Positions 1-9,198 of a stretch of 64,000 bases of DNA are shown here, piece after piece. Under the pieces are notes generated by a model. The model did no database searches, was not told where the DNA came from, and worked only from the letters and a program-made list of their open reading frames with translations. Source of the stretch: Candidatus Bipolaricaulota bacterium (lineage in GTDB: Bacteria; Bipolaricaulota; Bipolaricaulia; RBG-16-55-9; DRXL01); contig JANXCC010000005.1 in assembly GCA_025060395.1 (NCBI GenBank), positions 7,745 to 71,744 of the forward strand. The letters run 5' to 3'. The translations under genes and the position numbers were made by a program. The stretch's first letter is position 1. Each line of letters starts with the position of its first letter.

Positions 1-387
1 GCCCGTGCGCACCGCCGTCACGGAGATGACGGGCTTGCTCGCTTTCAGCTGAGTAGACTTTGGCCCGAGTAACATGAAGTCTGCACCCGCGGCCATCGCT
101 CGGCTCGCCCGCTCCATCACATATTGGTGAGAGACGTCACTATAAGAGAAGACGACGAGATCGACGTCATGGGTGGTGATCAGCTCAACTAAATCTTCTT
201 CGGATTCGATGGGAATGCCCTTTGGGTAGAGCTTCCCTGCGAGCTTAGCGGGATAGCGACGATCGTCGATCTCGGGGATTTGTGTTGCTGTGAAGGCGAT
301 GACTTTGTAGTTGGGGTTATCGCGAAAATAGATGTTGAAGTTATGGAAATCGCGCCCGGCGGCGCCCATAATAATGACGCGCTTCAT
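1..387 (-). CDS. predicted GTPase of the COG2403 / cyclic-2,3-diphosphoglycerate-synthetase-like family, N-terminal 129 aa (3' end lies outside the window)
   Basis: My own minus-strand translation from the ATG at 387-385 reads MKRVIIMGAAGRDFHNFNIYFRDNPNYKVIAFTATQIPEIDDRRYPAKLAGKLYPKGIPIES... and stays open to the window edge. It is absent from the ORF track, presumably because it has no stop in the window. Confidence 0.6.
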   Translation of the reverse strand, partial: MKRVIIMGAAGRDFHNFNIYFRDNPNYKVIAFTATQIPEIDDRRYPAKLAGKLYPKGIPIESEEDLVELITTHDVDLVVFSYSDVSHQYVMERASRAMAAGADFMLLGPKSTQLKASKPVISVTAVRTG

Positions 388-537
388 AAAAATCACTCCT
401 TAGCTGTTTTGGCTTGATCGTCGAGCAGACGGTTTGATATCGAAATGGGCCTTGCAATCATAGCAAATCAAGGGTGTTCTGTCAACGTGAGGCGATATTT
501 GCAAAGCTGGACAAGATGATTTATGCTTGGCCATGCT

Positions 538-1290
538 ATGGATCTTCAGAACAGAGTAGCGTTGGTGACTGGCTCAAGTCGAGGGATTGGGCGCGCCATT
601 GCGTTGGAGCTTGGTCGCCGCGGGGCGTCTGTTATTGTTCATCATCGGCGCAACAGCACCCGTGCCCTCGCCGAAGCCGTTGCCCAGGAGCTCCGTCAGA
701 TAGGGCGACATACGCTCGTTATTAAGGCTAACCTCGTAGATCCCCATGATGTTGCCCAGATGTTCTCTGCGGTGCAGAACGCGTTTGGAAAGCTCGATAT
801 CCTGGTGAACAACGCGGCATCAGCGGTCTTCCGCCCGTTGTTACAGTTAGAAGAGAAGCACTGGGAGCACGTTTGGGACGTGAATCTGAGGGCTATCGTT
901 CTCTGTATCAAACACGCTGTCCCCTTGATGTCTACGGGCGTCATCGTGAATATCACGAGCTTGGGGAGCATCAAATACTTGCCCAATTACGGGGCGCTTG
1001 GAGCAGCCAAGGCCGCAATTGAATCGCTGACGCGCAGTTATGCCGTCGAGCTTGCACCGGCGATCAGAGTGAACGCGGTCTGCGGAGGGCTAGTAGACGA
1101 GACCAGCTTTAGCGAGCTGATACCTTCAGAAGTTAAAGAGCGCGTCGCTCAGCTCACTCCGGCAGGACGGATGGTGAAACCCGGCGATATCGCGAAAGTC
1201 GTCGCATTTCTCTGCAGCGACGATGCCGAGATGATCCGTGGCCAGAGCATCATCGTGGACGGAGGATTGACCTTGGGATTACTGCCGTGA
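538..1290 (+). CDS. short-chain dehydrogenase/reductase (FabG/FabL-like)
   Basis: Track ORF 523..1290. It carries the Rossmann motif TGSSRGIGRAIA, an NNAA motif and a Y-x3-K catalytic pair (YGALGAAK). I prefer the ATG at 538 (MDLQNRVALVTG). Confidence 0.85.
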   Translation: MDLQNRVALVTGSSRGIGRAIALELGRRGASVIVHHRRNSTRALAEAVAQELRQIGRHTLVIKANLVDPHDVAQMFSAVQNAFGKLDILVNNAASAVFRPLLQLEEKHWEHVWDVNLRAIVLCIKHAVPLMSTGVIVNITSLGSIKYLPNYGALGAAKAAIESLTRSYAVELAPAIRVNAVCGGLVDETSFSELIPSEVKERVAQLTPAGRMVKPGDIAKVVAFLCSDDAEMIRGQSIIVDGGLTLGLLP

Positions 1291-3641
1291 ACGTCATTAC
1301 AACCGCTAAGACCCTCAAAGACTTAGAGTACACCAAGCTTAAGGAGCTCATCAAGAGCTTTGCGTGCTCGGAGTTGGGACGCGAGCTTATTCATAATCTG
1401 CGTCCCTCGGCGGATCTGCAGACCGTTCAGCGCGAGTTAGATCGCGTCGAGGAACTGCGCATAGCATTGCTTGAAGAGGACCTCTCCGTTGAGGCTTTCG
1501 AAGATATCCGTCCCGTGCTCCAGCGCGCGCATCAGACGACGGCCCTTCACGGCGGGGAGTTTCTCGCTATAGCCAAGGCTCTCTTTCAGATGCGCCGGCT
1601 GCGCGAGCGGCTCTTGAAGCTTGCCCGTTTCCCCACCCTGCGCGAGCTGGGTGAGCGCATTCAAGTCTTCCGTGAGCTTGAGGAGAATATCTCGCGGGTC
1701 TTCGACGACAAAGGCGAGATACGCCCGACAGCTTCGCCGCGCCTGAGGGAACTCACCACCCAGAAGCGCATCTTGGAAGAGCGCGTGCAACGCTATCTCC
1801 ATACGCTCATCCAGTCGGGGCAGCTCGCTGGGGTCCTCCAAGATACAGTGATCACGCGGCGCTCTGGGCGCTTCGTCATCCCTATCAAAAGCAGCGCGCG
1901 CCACGAGCTGGATGCCGTCGTCCACGATAGCTCCGATTCGGGCCAGACGCTCTACGTCGAGCCGACTTCCATCATCTCAGACAATAACGAGATCCGCGAG
2001 CTGGAGGGGGAGATCCGCGATGAACAGTTGCGCATCCTCCGCGAGCTCACCCACAAATTGCAAGCTGAAAGCCGCAGGATCGAAGAGACCCTCAAGGCGT
2101 TCGCGTACTTTGATATGCTCTATGCCAAGGCGCAGTTTGCTCTCCATCTGCGCTGTAACCGCCCACGACTCACGACCCAGGGGGAGCTCCAGCTCCTTGA
2201 AGCTCGACATCCCTTGCTCGATCAGACGACGGTCGTGCCCATCGATATTCGTCTTGGGGCTCCCTTCCAGGGGATGGTCATCACCGGTCCCAATACTGGG
2301 GGCAAGACCGTCTCGCTCAAGACCATTGGCCTTTTGACCCTCATGGCGCAATCGGGCATACCTATCCCCGCTGCGCCTGATAGCACGGTCGTGCTCTTCC
2401 AGAAAGTCTTCTCCGATATCGGCGATGAGCAATCTATTCAACAGAACTTGAGCACGTTCTCCGCCCATATGAAGAATCTCATCGGTATCTTGGAGCATGC
2501 CGATCATCAAACGCTCGTGCTCATCGACGAGCTGGGCGCTGGTACTGACCCCACGGAAGGCGCGGCGTTGGGGATCGCCCTGCTCCAGACGCTGCTCGAT
2601 CGGGGCGCTACCCTGATCGTCACTACGCATTTCAGTACGATCAAACATTTCGCGTATCAGCATCCCAAGCTTAAGACATGCTCTGTCGCCTTTGATGTAG
2701 AGACCCTGGCACCGACGTATAAGATTGTTGAAGGCGTTGGCTCGAGCAACGCGTTTATCATTGCTGAGCGCCTAGGGTTGTCTCCCGAGGTGATCGCATT
2801 GGCGAAAGCGCATTTGACAGAGGGCCAAGTGCGCGTCGAAGACATTATCCAGAAACTCCAGCAAGAGCGGAACGAGCTCGCGCAGGAGCGCTTGGCCATG
2901 AGCCAGCGTGCTCGAGAGGTGGAAGCGATCAAGGCTGAATATCTCGCTAAGCTCAATGAGCTACGCTACCGCAAAGAGCAAGCTGTAAGCGACGAGCTCC
3001 GGCGCCTAGAGCAGTTCGTCAAGCAAGCTCGTGGGGCTCTCGAAGAAGCTTTGCATATAGCGAAGCAGCGCGCCAGCGAGGAGCAGTTACGCGCGAGGCT
3101 CAGAGAAGTGCAAGAGCTTAGAGGTCGTCTTACCGAAGCGGGACAACAGCTTCGCCACGAACCTGCGGCCGTGCCTATCCCCATCGAGCAATTGCGAGAG
3201 GGGCTTGCGGTGCAATTCCGTGGCTCGAAGAAGGTCGGCATCATCCGAAAGGTTCTCAGCCCTGAGCGCATCGAGGTCGACTTGGGTGGGATGCGCTTGT
3301 GGGCCAAGCTCACAGATTTAGTCCAACCTTCAGAAGTGAAGCGCGATGAACGGCAGACGATCTCTGTGCATGTGGATGCGGGTTCTGCCCCGGCTCCGAC
3401 GCTAGAGCTCAACGTTCGGGGGATGACTGTCAGCGAAGCGATCCGCGAGGTCGATCTCTACTTAGATCGCTTAGTGTTGGCGGGACTGACGCGAGGGTAT
3501 ATTGTGCATGGAAGGGGTACCGGCGTCCTGCGTCGCGAGATCCGCAAGCACTTAGCGACGCTTCCCATCGTGAAGAGCTTTGATTCAGCCCCTCCCCATC
3601 AGGGCGGCGACGGCGTGACGATCGTCGAGCTGGTCAGCTAA
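1287..3641 (+). CDS. mutS2: endonuclease MutS2 (MutS-family ATPase with C-terminal Smr domain)
   Basis: 784 aa with Walker A GPNTGGKT, DELGAGTDP, and a C-terminal Smr-like segment (LNVRGMTVSEA...HGRGTGVLR). The start overlaps the SDR stop codon. Confidence 0.9.
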   Translation: MNVITTAKTLKDLEYTKLKELIKSFACSELGRELIHNLRPSADLQTVQRELDRVEELRIALLEEDLSVEAFEDIRPVLQRAHQTTALHGGEFLAIAKALFQMRRLRERLLKLARFPTLRELGERIQVFRELEENISRVFDDKGEIRPTASPRLRELTTQKRILEERVQRYLHTLIQSGQLAGVLQDTVITRRSGRFVIPIKSSARHELDAVVHDSSDSGQTLYVEPTSIISDNNEIRELEGEIRDEQLRILRELTHKLQAESRRIEETLKAFAYFDMLYAKAQFALHLRCNRPRLTTQGELQLLEARHPLLDQTTVVPIDIRLGAPFQGMVITGPNTGGKTVSLKTIGLLTLMAQSGIPIPAAPDSTVVLFQKVFSDIGDEQSIQQNLSTFSAHMKNLIGILEHADHQTLVLIDELGAGTDPTEGAALGIALLQTLLDRGATLIVTTHFSTIKHFAYQHPKLKTCSVAFDVETLAPTYKIVEGVGSSNAFIIAERLGLSPEVIALAKAHLTEGQVRVEDIIQKLQQERNELAQERLAMSQRAREVEAIKAEYLAKLNELRYRKEQAVSDELRRLEQFVKQARGALEEALHIAKQRASEEQLRARLREVQELRGRLTEAGQQLRHEPAAVPIPIEQLREGLAVQFRGSKKVGIIRKVLSPERIEVDLGGMRLWAKLTDLVQPSEVKRDERQTISVHVDAGSAPAPTLELNVRGMTVSEAIREVDLYLDRLVLAGLTRGYIVHGRGTGVLRREIRKHLATLPIVKSFDSAPPHQGGDGVTIVELVS

Positions 3642-4256
3642 CGCCCACGCCCAGATGAACTCCTTCCAGCATCCCCATTGGGCTGTCATTATACGACCTT
3701 GAACGAGAATCTCAGCGCGGCCCGGACCCATGAGCGCAACGGCGATCTCGCGCAGCAGCGGGGCCGGACGCGTACGGTGCGATTTGATCGCAGCTTCTTT
3801 GAGCGCCCAAAAGACAAGCAGTCCTTCTAGCTCCCGCTCAGCAAAAAAATGAGTAAGTTGCTTGCGCTCGTGTTCACTGAGCACACGCTTGGCCAGATCG
3901 GGACGCACAGGACGAATCTCTTGGAGATCTACCCCTATAGAGCCATGCGTCACTAGGGCAGCAAAGCCGTGCCCAGCACTGTGGGCAATGGAGATAGGAA
4001 GAGTCAAGGGAGAAGTCACTCCAGGTGCCTTGTGCTTGTCATGAGTGATCTCGATCTGGGCAAGATTTAACCTCACGCCAGCTTGCTCAAGAAGATAATC
4101 TTGGATCAGCTTCTTTGCCGCCAATCGCCCTGCCAGCCAGTCCCTCCGACGGGCCGGATCTCTGATCTTTTGCAACACATATGCTTCGCGAGGGGTCAGC
4201 CAGTCTGCCTCGTGGAGAGACGCCGGCGTCACGAGGCACAGATAGATCTCGTTCAC
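3585..4256 (-). CDS. 4'-phosphopantetheinyl transferase, Sfp/EntD type
   Basis: 223 aa with the GVDLQEI and FWALKEAAIK (W..KEA..K) motifs. The GTG start overlaps the stop of the upstream ligase (GTGA). Confidence 0.8.
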   Translation of the reverse strand: MNEIYLCLVTPASLHEADWLTPREAYVLQKIRDPARRRDWLAGRLAAKKLIQDYLLEQAGVRLNLAQIEITHDKHKAPGVTSPLTLPISIAHSAGHGFAALVTHGSIGVDLQEIRPVRPDLAKRVLSEHERKQLTHFFAERELEGLLVFWALKEAAIKSHRTRPAPLLREIAVALMGPGRAEILVQGRIMTAQWGCWKEFIWAWALADQLDDRHAVAALMGRG

Positions 4257-5890
4257 CGCAGATCTCTCTTCAGGACCTTGCCTACGGCGCTCTTGGGCAG
4301 CGACTCGCGAAACTCCACGATCGTGGGCACTTTGTACTTTGCCAAGTGCTCCGCACAGAATGCCTTGATTTCATCGGCCGTCGGACTGGTCCCTGGTTTG
4401 GGAACGATAAGGGCTTTCACGGTCTCCCCTCGGTAGGGATCGGGAATCCCGATCACCGCCGCTTCGAGCACTTTAGGATGCTTATAGAGCACTTCTTCGA
4501 CCTCGCGAGGATAGACCTTTAACCCCGAACAGATGATCATCTCTTTGAGGCGATCGACGATATAGAAGTAGCCGTCTTCGTCCATGCGCGCTAAGTCTCC
4601 GGTGTGGAGCCAGCCACCACGCAAGGCCATTGCGGTCTCATCTGGGCGATTCCAATAGCCGGCCATCACCTGAGGCCCTTGCACCACAAGCTCGCCGATC
4701 TCTCCCACGGCCAGTTCTCTATCTGTGGTGGGATCGACGATCTTGGCGTTGGTATCGGGGAAGGGGATGCCGATGCTCCCGGCGACTTGCCGCCCATAGA
4801 GCGGGTTGCAGTGGGTTACTGGAGAAGCTTCCGAGAGCCCATAGCCTTCGACGAGCACGGCGCCAGTCAGCTCTTCAAAGCGCCGTTTCACTTCGAGAGG
4901 GAGCGGAGCTGACCCGCTAATACACGCTTTGATCGAGCTGACGTGATAGTCTTTGACTCGGGGATGATTAGCAATAGCTGCATAGATCGTTGGGGCTCCG
5001 GGGAAGAGCGAGGGGCGCTCGCGATCTATGATCTTCAAGAGCTCGTCTATCTGGAAGCGCGGGACCAAGATGAGCGCGGCCGCAAGCGCCATCGAGAGAT
5101 TGAGCGCGACAGTCATCGCGTAGACGTGAAAGAGTGGGAGCACACACAGACACGTCTCTTGAGCGAGTCGGGCGCGAGGAAACCACGAACGCGCTTGTAG
5201 CGTGTTGGCCACTAGATTTCTGTGAGTGAGCATGGCCCCCTTGGGAATGCCCGTCGTTCCTCCTGTGTACTGAAAGAGCGCGATATCGCTTGGGCGTACA
5301 GAGATCTTCGGTGGGTGGGGGGGAGCGCTGCGAATCAGTTCTGAGAAGAGATAGACGCTTGGTGGACTAGGACGGATGCGCTTTGGACGCTCCTTGAGCA
5401 GATATCCCAAGCGCAGCAACCCTGGAAAGAACTCTTGAATCCCAGTGACGATAATGCGCTTCACATTTGTCTTCCCCTGGACGCGTAAGACTTTTTCATA
5501 GAAGCGATCCAGGGTGATCACCGTCTCGGCTTGGGAGTCTCCTAGGATCATGTGAAGCTCATCCTCGGTATAGAGGGGGTTCGTTTGCACGACCGTCAAG
5601 CCCGCTTTGAGAGCGCCGTAGAACCCGATCACAAATTGGGGGATATTGGGGAGCATCAACGAGAGCCTCTCCCCAGGTTGAGCTCCGATCTGGATCAATG
5701 CCGCGGCAAAGCGATCCACAAGTTCGCGCAGTTGTCCGTACGTGATCCGTTGTCCGAAGAAGACGAGCGCCGAGGCCTTCTCGTACTGCTCTGCTGAACG
5801 ATCCAGAAAGTGATAGAGCGGCTGTTCTGGATATGCGAGGGTCGGGGGGATATCCTCGGGGTAGTGTTGGAGCCAGGGCTTGATGGTCAT
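4253..5890 (-). CDS. fadD: long-chain acyl-CoA synthetase / AMP-dependent ligase
   Basis: 545 aa with AMP-binding core motifs YTGGTTGIPKGAMLTH, GYGLSE and TGDLARMDEDGYFYIVDRLKEMI. Confidence 0.9.
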   Translation of the reverse strand: MTIKPWLQHYPEDIPPTLAYPEQPLYHFLDRSAEQYEKASALVFFGQRITYGQLRELVDRFAAALIQIGAQPGERLSLMLPNIPQFVIGFYGALKAGLTVVQTNPLYTEDELHMILGDSQAETVITLDRFYEKVLRVQGKTNVKRIIVTGIQEFFPGLLRLGYLLKERPKRIRPSPPSVYLFSELIRSAPPHPPKISVRPSDIALFQYTGGTTGIPKGAMLTHRNLVANTLQARSWFPRARLAQETCLCVLPLFHVYAMTVALNLSMALAAALILVPRFQIDELLKIIDRERPSLFPGAPTIYAAIANHPRVKDYHVSSIKACISGSAPLPLEVKRRFEELTGAVLVEGYGLSEASPVTHCNPLYGRQVAGSIGIPFPDTNAKIVDPTTDRELAVGEIGELVVQGPQVMAGYWNRPDETAMALRGGWLHTGDLARMDEDGYFYIVDRLKEMIICSGLKVYPREVEEVLYKHPKVLEAAVIGIPDPYRGETVKALIVPKPGTSPTADEIKAFCAEHLAKYKVPTIVEFRESLPKSAVGKVLKRDLR

Positions 5891-6019
5891 GGGGCTTCAC
5901 CGGCCCAAGTATACGCCAGAAGGGGGATGGAAGACAAGTCGACTTCTTACAGCTTCATCGGCTACAACGCTGATCTAGACGTTCACGGATTATTTTGGGA
6001 GCTGCACCCGCTCTAAGAG

Positions 6020-6487
6020 GGGCGATCGCACTCTTCGCGTTCGCGTTAATTCTTCTATGGTTCGTAGAGGATTTTCTCAGTGCCGGCATAGCTCTGGGGC
6101 TTTTGGGGTAGGACTTGGGGGCCCGTGGCTTCTACCTGGCTTGCTTATTGCCGACATTATCGACGAAGATGAAGTGAGGACCGGAGCGCGCCGTGAAGGG
6201 CTGTATTGTGGCATGAACGGCCTGCTCATACGTTGAGCGTTCACGGCGCAAGGGCTGATTATGGTCATGGTCCTTCGCTGGAGCGGCTATCAGCTCAATC
6301 AAGCACAGCAGACGCCAGAAGTTGTCTGGGGATTGCGACTCTTATTAGCGGGAATCCCCCTGGTCGCGCTGGGGGTGGGGGGCTGGTCTTGCGCTTCTAT
6401 CCCCTCAGAGGCGAGCGCCTAGACCTCATGAAGGAACAACTCAACAGACTCCATGCTCAGCAAGCGAGTCGCCTTGCAGAGCTATGA
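6020..6487 (+). pseudogene. remnant of a GPH-family MFS symporter (C-terminal half only, several frame breaks)
   Basis: My own translations give ..AIALFAFALILLWFVEDFLSAGIALGLLG*, ..LLIADIIDEDEVRTGARREGLYCGMNGLLIR*, ..RWSGYQLNQAQQTPEVVWGLRLLLAGIPLVALG and ..RFYPLRGERLDLMKEQLNRL. The D-x-DE-x2-TG-x-R-x-EG-x-Y motif and the YPL tail are typical of glycoside-pentoside-hexuronide transporters. Joining the pieces needs at least 3 stops or frameshifts. Confidence 0.5.
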
Positions 6488-6887
6488 ACCTAACGTTACG
6501 AGTCTTGCTATTTCTGCTCTTACTGGCTTTTGGGGCAGTGCTCATGGGCATAGCGCTTTGCTCTACAGCTTCACCTTGATGACCCTCATCGTTCTATTGA
6601 GCAAGCTCATTCTCAAGCCAGGCGAGGGAGAGTATCCGTATTTCTCCGTCCCAGCGATCCAATGGCTTTTGAATGATGCCTTGCTCTTCCCAGCGGAAGA
6701 CCTTTCTCGACTTAGTGCCCTTAAGTACTGTTGGTTGTAAGCTCAAGCGGGTCAAGGTGGGCAGGGGCGCGACTGTCGGGATGGGCACGTTGGTCATGCC
6801 TGGGGTGCAGATCGGGGAGGGGCTCTCATTGTTGGGACGCACTCGGTTGTGCTCAGCAACAAGAAGATCCCACCTTACACCGTGTGA
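6485..6887 (+). pseudogene. remnant of a membrane-associated hexapeptide-repeat (LbH) transferase-like gene, frameshifted
   Basis: The fragments lie in three frames: MNLTLRVLLFLLLLAFGAVLMGIALC, ..LILKPGEGEYPYFSVPAIQWLLNDALL.., ..VKVGRGATVGMGTLVMPGVQIGEGLSLLG.. and ..HSVVLSNKKIPPYTV*. The hexapeptide-like G-x-x-V/I periodicity is visible, but there is no single intact frame. Confidence 0.35.
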
Positions 6888-6958
6888 ATAGGGACTCCTA
6901 TCCGCCCTCTCCGGCGACAGCGTTGATTTTCTCGACGCTGCTCGCTATACTGAGCCTA

Positions 6959-7432
6959 ATGAAGCTACACAGGCTCTTAGCCATTGTTGCAATTGTCGTG
7001 ATCGACCAGGCAAGCAAGACGCTGGCTCTCAGGGTTTTAGAGCCTGGGCGGCCCCTCGAGCTAATTGAAGGGATCTTTCGCTTCACTCTGACGTCTAATG
7101 CCGGTGGGGCGTTTGGGCTCTTCCAAGACCTTGGCGGTGTGATCACCGTGCTTGCGGTTCTTGTTAGCCTAGGGATTCTGGGGCTGCTCCTGTGGGGGCC
7201 ACCACAGCCTCGTTCTCTGACGGCTGGTCTGATCTGTATTGCTGGAGGAGCCTTGGGCAATCTCATAGATCGCTTCCTCCATGGAGCAGTCATTGATTTT
7301 CTAGAGTTGCGGTGGGGGCATTTTAGCTGGCCCGTTTTCAATCTCGCTGATACTGTCATTGTTCTTGGAACGGGGTTGGTGCTCTTTGCTCTCTTGAGTG
7401 CTGAGCATCAAGGCGCTCATGAGCCTCAATAA
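6959..7432 (+). CDS. lspA: lipoprotein signal peptidase II
   Basis: Internal ATG of track ORF 6731..7432. The sequence MKLHRLLAIVAIVVIDQASK...FTLTSNAGGAFG...GGALGNLIDR...FNLAD carries the classic LspA motifs. Confidence 0.9.
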   Translation: MKLHRLLAIVAIVVIDQASKTLALRVLEPGRPLELIEGIFRFTLTSNAGGAFGLFQDLGGVITVLAVLVSLGILGLLLWGPPQPRSLTAGLICIAGGALGNLIDRFLHGAVIDFLELRWGHFSWPVFNLADTVIVLGTGLVLFALLSAEHQGAHEPQ

Positions 7433-8039
7433 GGGAATCTTTATTGTCTTTGAGGGGATCGACGGGTGTGGGAAGTCCACCCAGCTGAGGGCTTTAGCGG
7501 AGCGTTTGCATGCTCATGGGATAGAGCCCCTAGTGATTCGGGAACCAGGGGGCACTCCGGTTGGGGAGCAGATTCGGGAGATCTTGCTGGAGCATCCGTT
7601 CGAGATGGACCCCCTGACGGAATTGTTGCTTTATGAAGCATCGCGCAGCGAGCTCACTCGCACAGTGCTCCGTCCCGCGCTGCAGTCGGGTCAGGTGGTG
7701 CTTGCGGATCGCTTCGCTATGGCGAGCTTAGCTTATCAAGGCTATGGTCGGGGCCTCGACTTAACTTTAGTACGCCAGTTCAATACAATAGCCACTGAAG
7801 GAATAGAGCCGTCTATGACGATCGTGATAGACGTTCCCGTTGAGGTGGCTTTGGCGCGCAAAAGAAGCTCATTTGATCGGCTGGAGCGTGCTGGGCTGGA
7901 GTTTCACGAGCGGGTGCGTCGGGGCTATCGCGAGCTGGCGCAGCAGACCCCCCGAAGTCTCTTATTAGATGGGACGCGCCCAGCCTCGGAGCTCGCTGAA
8001 CAGATCTGGCACGCGGTGTACCCGCTCTTTCCGATATGA
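7419..8039 (+). CDS. tmk: thymidylate kinase
   Basis: FIVFEGIDGCGKSTQ P-loop and REPGGT motif. I prefer the ATG at 7419 within track ORF 7398..8039. Confidence 0.9.
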   Translation: MSLNKGIFIVFEGIDGCGKSTQLRALAERLHAHGIEPLVIREPGGTPVGEQIREILLEHPFEMDPLTELLLYEASRSELTRTVLRPALQSGQVVLADRFAMASLAYQGYGRGLDLTLVRQFNTIATEGIEPSMTIVIDVPVEVALARKRSSFDRLERAGLEFHERVRRGYRELAQQTPRSLLLDGTRPASELAEQIWHAVYPLFPI

Positions 8040-8067
8040 ATTGCTGATCTGAGGAGGAGGATCGAGT

Positions 8068-9198
8068 ATGGATTTTTCATGTGGACGTGGGGAGTTTCTC
8101 ACGGGAGTGAAGATAGTTAGTCGCGCCCTCGGGCGAGCAACAAGCATGCCTATCTTGGCCGGAGTGAAGCTCGAGACGAAGAAGAATCAACTGACTCTCT
8201 ATGCAACGGATCTGGAGCGCGCTATCTGGTGCTCCGTCCCGATAGAGAATCGCGGCGGCGATGAGGCACTGGTGCTGAACGGAGAACTCTTGGTGAAGAT
8301 CGCCACCACCCTGCCCGCTGATACCGTTGAGCTGAAGACGATTCCCGGCACGGGCAAGGTCGAGATAACGTCTGGGGGAGCGCGATTCGATCTCTTCCGG
8401 CTCTCGCTCGAGGATTACCCCGAGCTGCCCTCATTGCCGGATAGGCCTATCTGTATGCTCGCTAAATCCCAGTTGGAGCGGAGTTTGGAGCTGGTGGCCT
8501 ACGCTGCGCTCCCGGCTCGCGAGACGTCTCGCTTGAGCCTGACCGGCGTCAACATGGTCTTGGAGCGGGATACTCTCAAGGTGGTGGCGACGAATGGCTA
8601 TCGCTTAGCGGTGAAGACCGAGGATTTAGCGCAGAAGGCCTCGCGGGAAGGGGAGTTTCTCGTCGCCGCCGATTCTATGCGCGATCTGGCGGGTATCCTA
8701 GCCCAACTCGATGCGGAGGCCGTTGAGATCTATCAGGCCGAGAACTATCTCTTCTTCAAGGCCGGCTCAGTCGTCTTTGTGGGGCGGCTCATTGAAGAAG
8801 CTTATCCAGACTTTGAGAAGGTCATTCCCAAGGACAACCCTATCGGGATATCTCTAGAGAGGAAGCGTTTTCTCGAAGCGTTGCAACGCGCGCAGATCAC
8901 AGCTGCTGAGGAGTCCGACGCCGTGATCTTGAGTGTAGAGAATTCGCTTTTACGAGTAAGCTCGCAAGCCGCTGAGAAGGGAGAGACCCACGAAGAGATC
9001 CCCTTAAAGAAGAAGACCAAGCCCATCAAGATCAGCTTCCGTGCCGAGTATCTGATAGATGCGCTGAAGCGCCTGGAGAGCGATGAAGTGACATTATGGC
9101 TAGCGGATGCCGAGAGCGCGGGGCTTCTAGAGCCTGGGGATAGCGAAGCTGATCACGGCTTCTTGTACGTGTGTATGCCCATCCGCATGGACTTTTAG
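8068..9198 (+). CDS. dnaN: DNA polymerase III beta sliding clamp
   Basis: 376 aa. The N-terminus (L..V..A...R..MPILAGVKLE...LTLYATDLE) and the length are typical of DnaN. The RBS GAGGAGGAGG lies upstream. Confidence 0.9.
   Translation: MDFSCGRGEFLTGVKIVSRALGRATSMPILAGVKLETKKNQLTLYATDLERAIWCSVPIENRGGDEALVLNGELLVKIATTLPADTVELKTIPGTGKVEITSGGARFDLFRLSLEDYPELPSLPDRPICMLAKSQLERSLELVAYAALPARETSRLSLTGVNMVLERDTLKVVATNGYRLAVKTEDLAQKASREGEFLVAADSMRDLAGILAQLDAEAVEIYQAENYLFFKAGSVVFVGRLIEEAYPDFEKVIPKDNPIGISLERKRFLEALQRAQITAAEESDAVILSVENSLLRVSSQAAEKGETHEEIPLKKKTKPIKISFRAEYLIDALKRLESDEVTLWLADAESAGLLEPGDSEADHGFLYVCMPIRMDF

Noticed and set aside
1977-2663. Long antisense or alternative-frame ORFs overlapping recognised genes. 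Examples: 1977..2663(-), 9345..10034(+), 9769..10326(+), 11066..11539(+), 17844..18275(+), 51074..51727(-), 55750..56232(+), 59111..59569(+).
   Set aside because: They lie opposite to or out of frame with genes carrying clear family motifs. They are Arg/Ser/Pro/Gly-rich with no recognisable motifs or RBS. Such shadow ORFs are expected in GC-rich DNA where stop codons are rare.
6731-6958. N-terminal extensions offered by the ORF track for lspA (6731), murB (13336), the cupredoxin lipoprotein (27075), trmY (28303), livM (56468), rpsB (59899), folE (53465), the MarR gene (49547) and others.
   Set aside because: The extensions overlap upstream genes or promoters, lack family similarity and lack an RBS. 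Internal starts give canonical N-termini or signal peptides preceded by GGAGG-type sites.
8068-9198. dnaN and dnaB in one window as a hint of a replication origin.
   Set aside because: There is no dnaA gene and I saw no cluster of DnaA-box-like repeats. dnaN follows tmk and dnaB is an isolated gene, so there is no evidence for oriC here.
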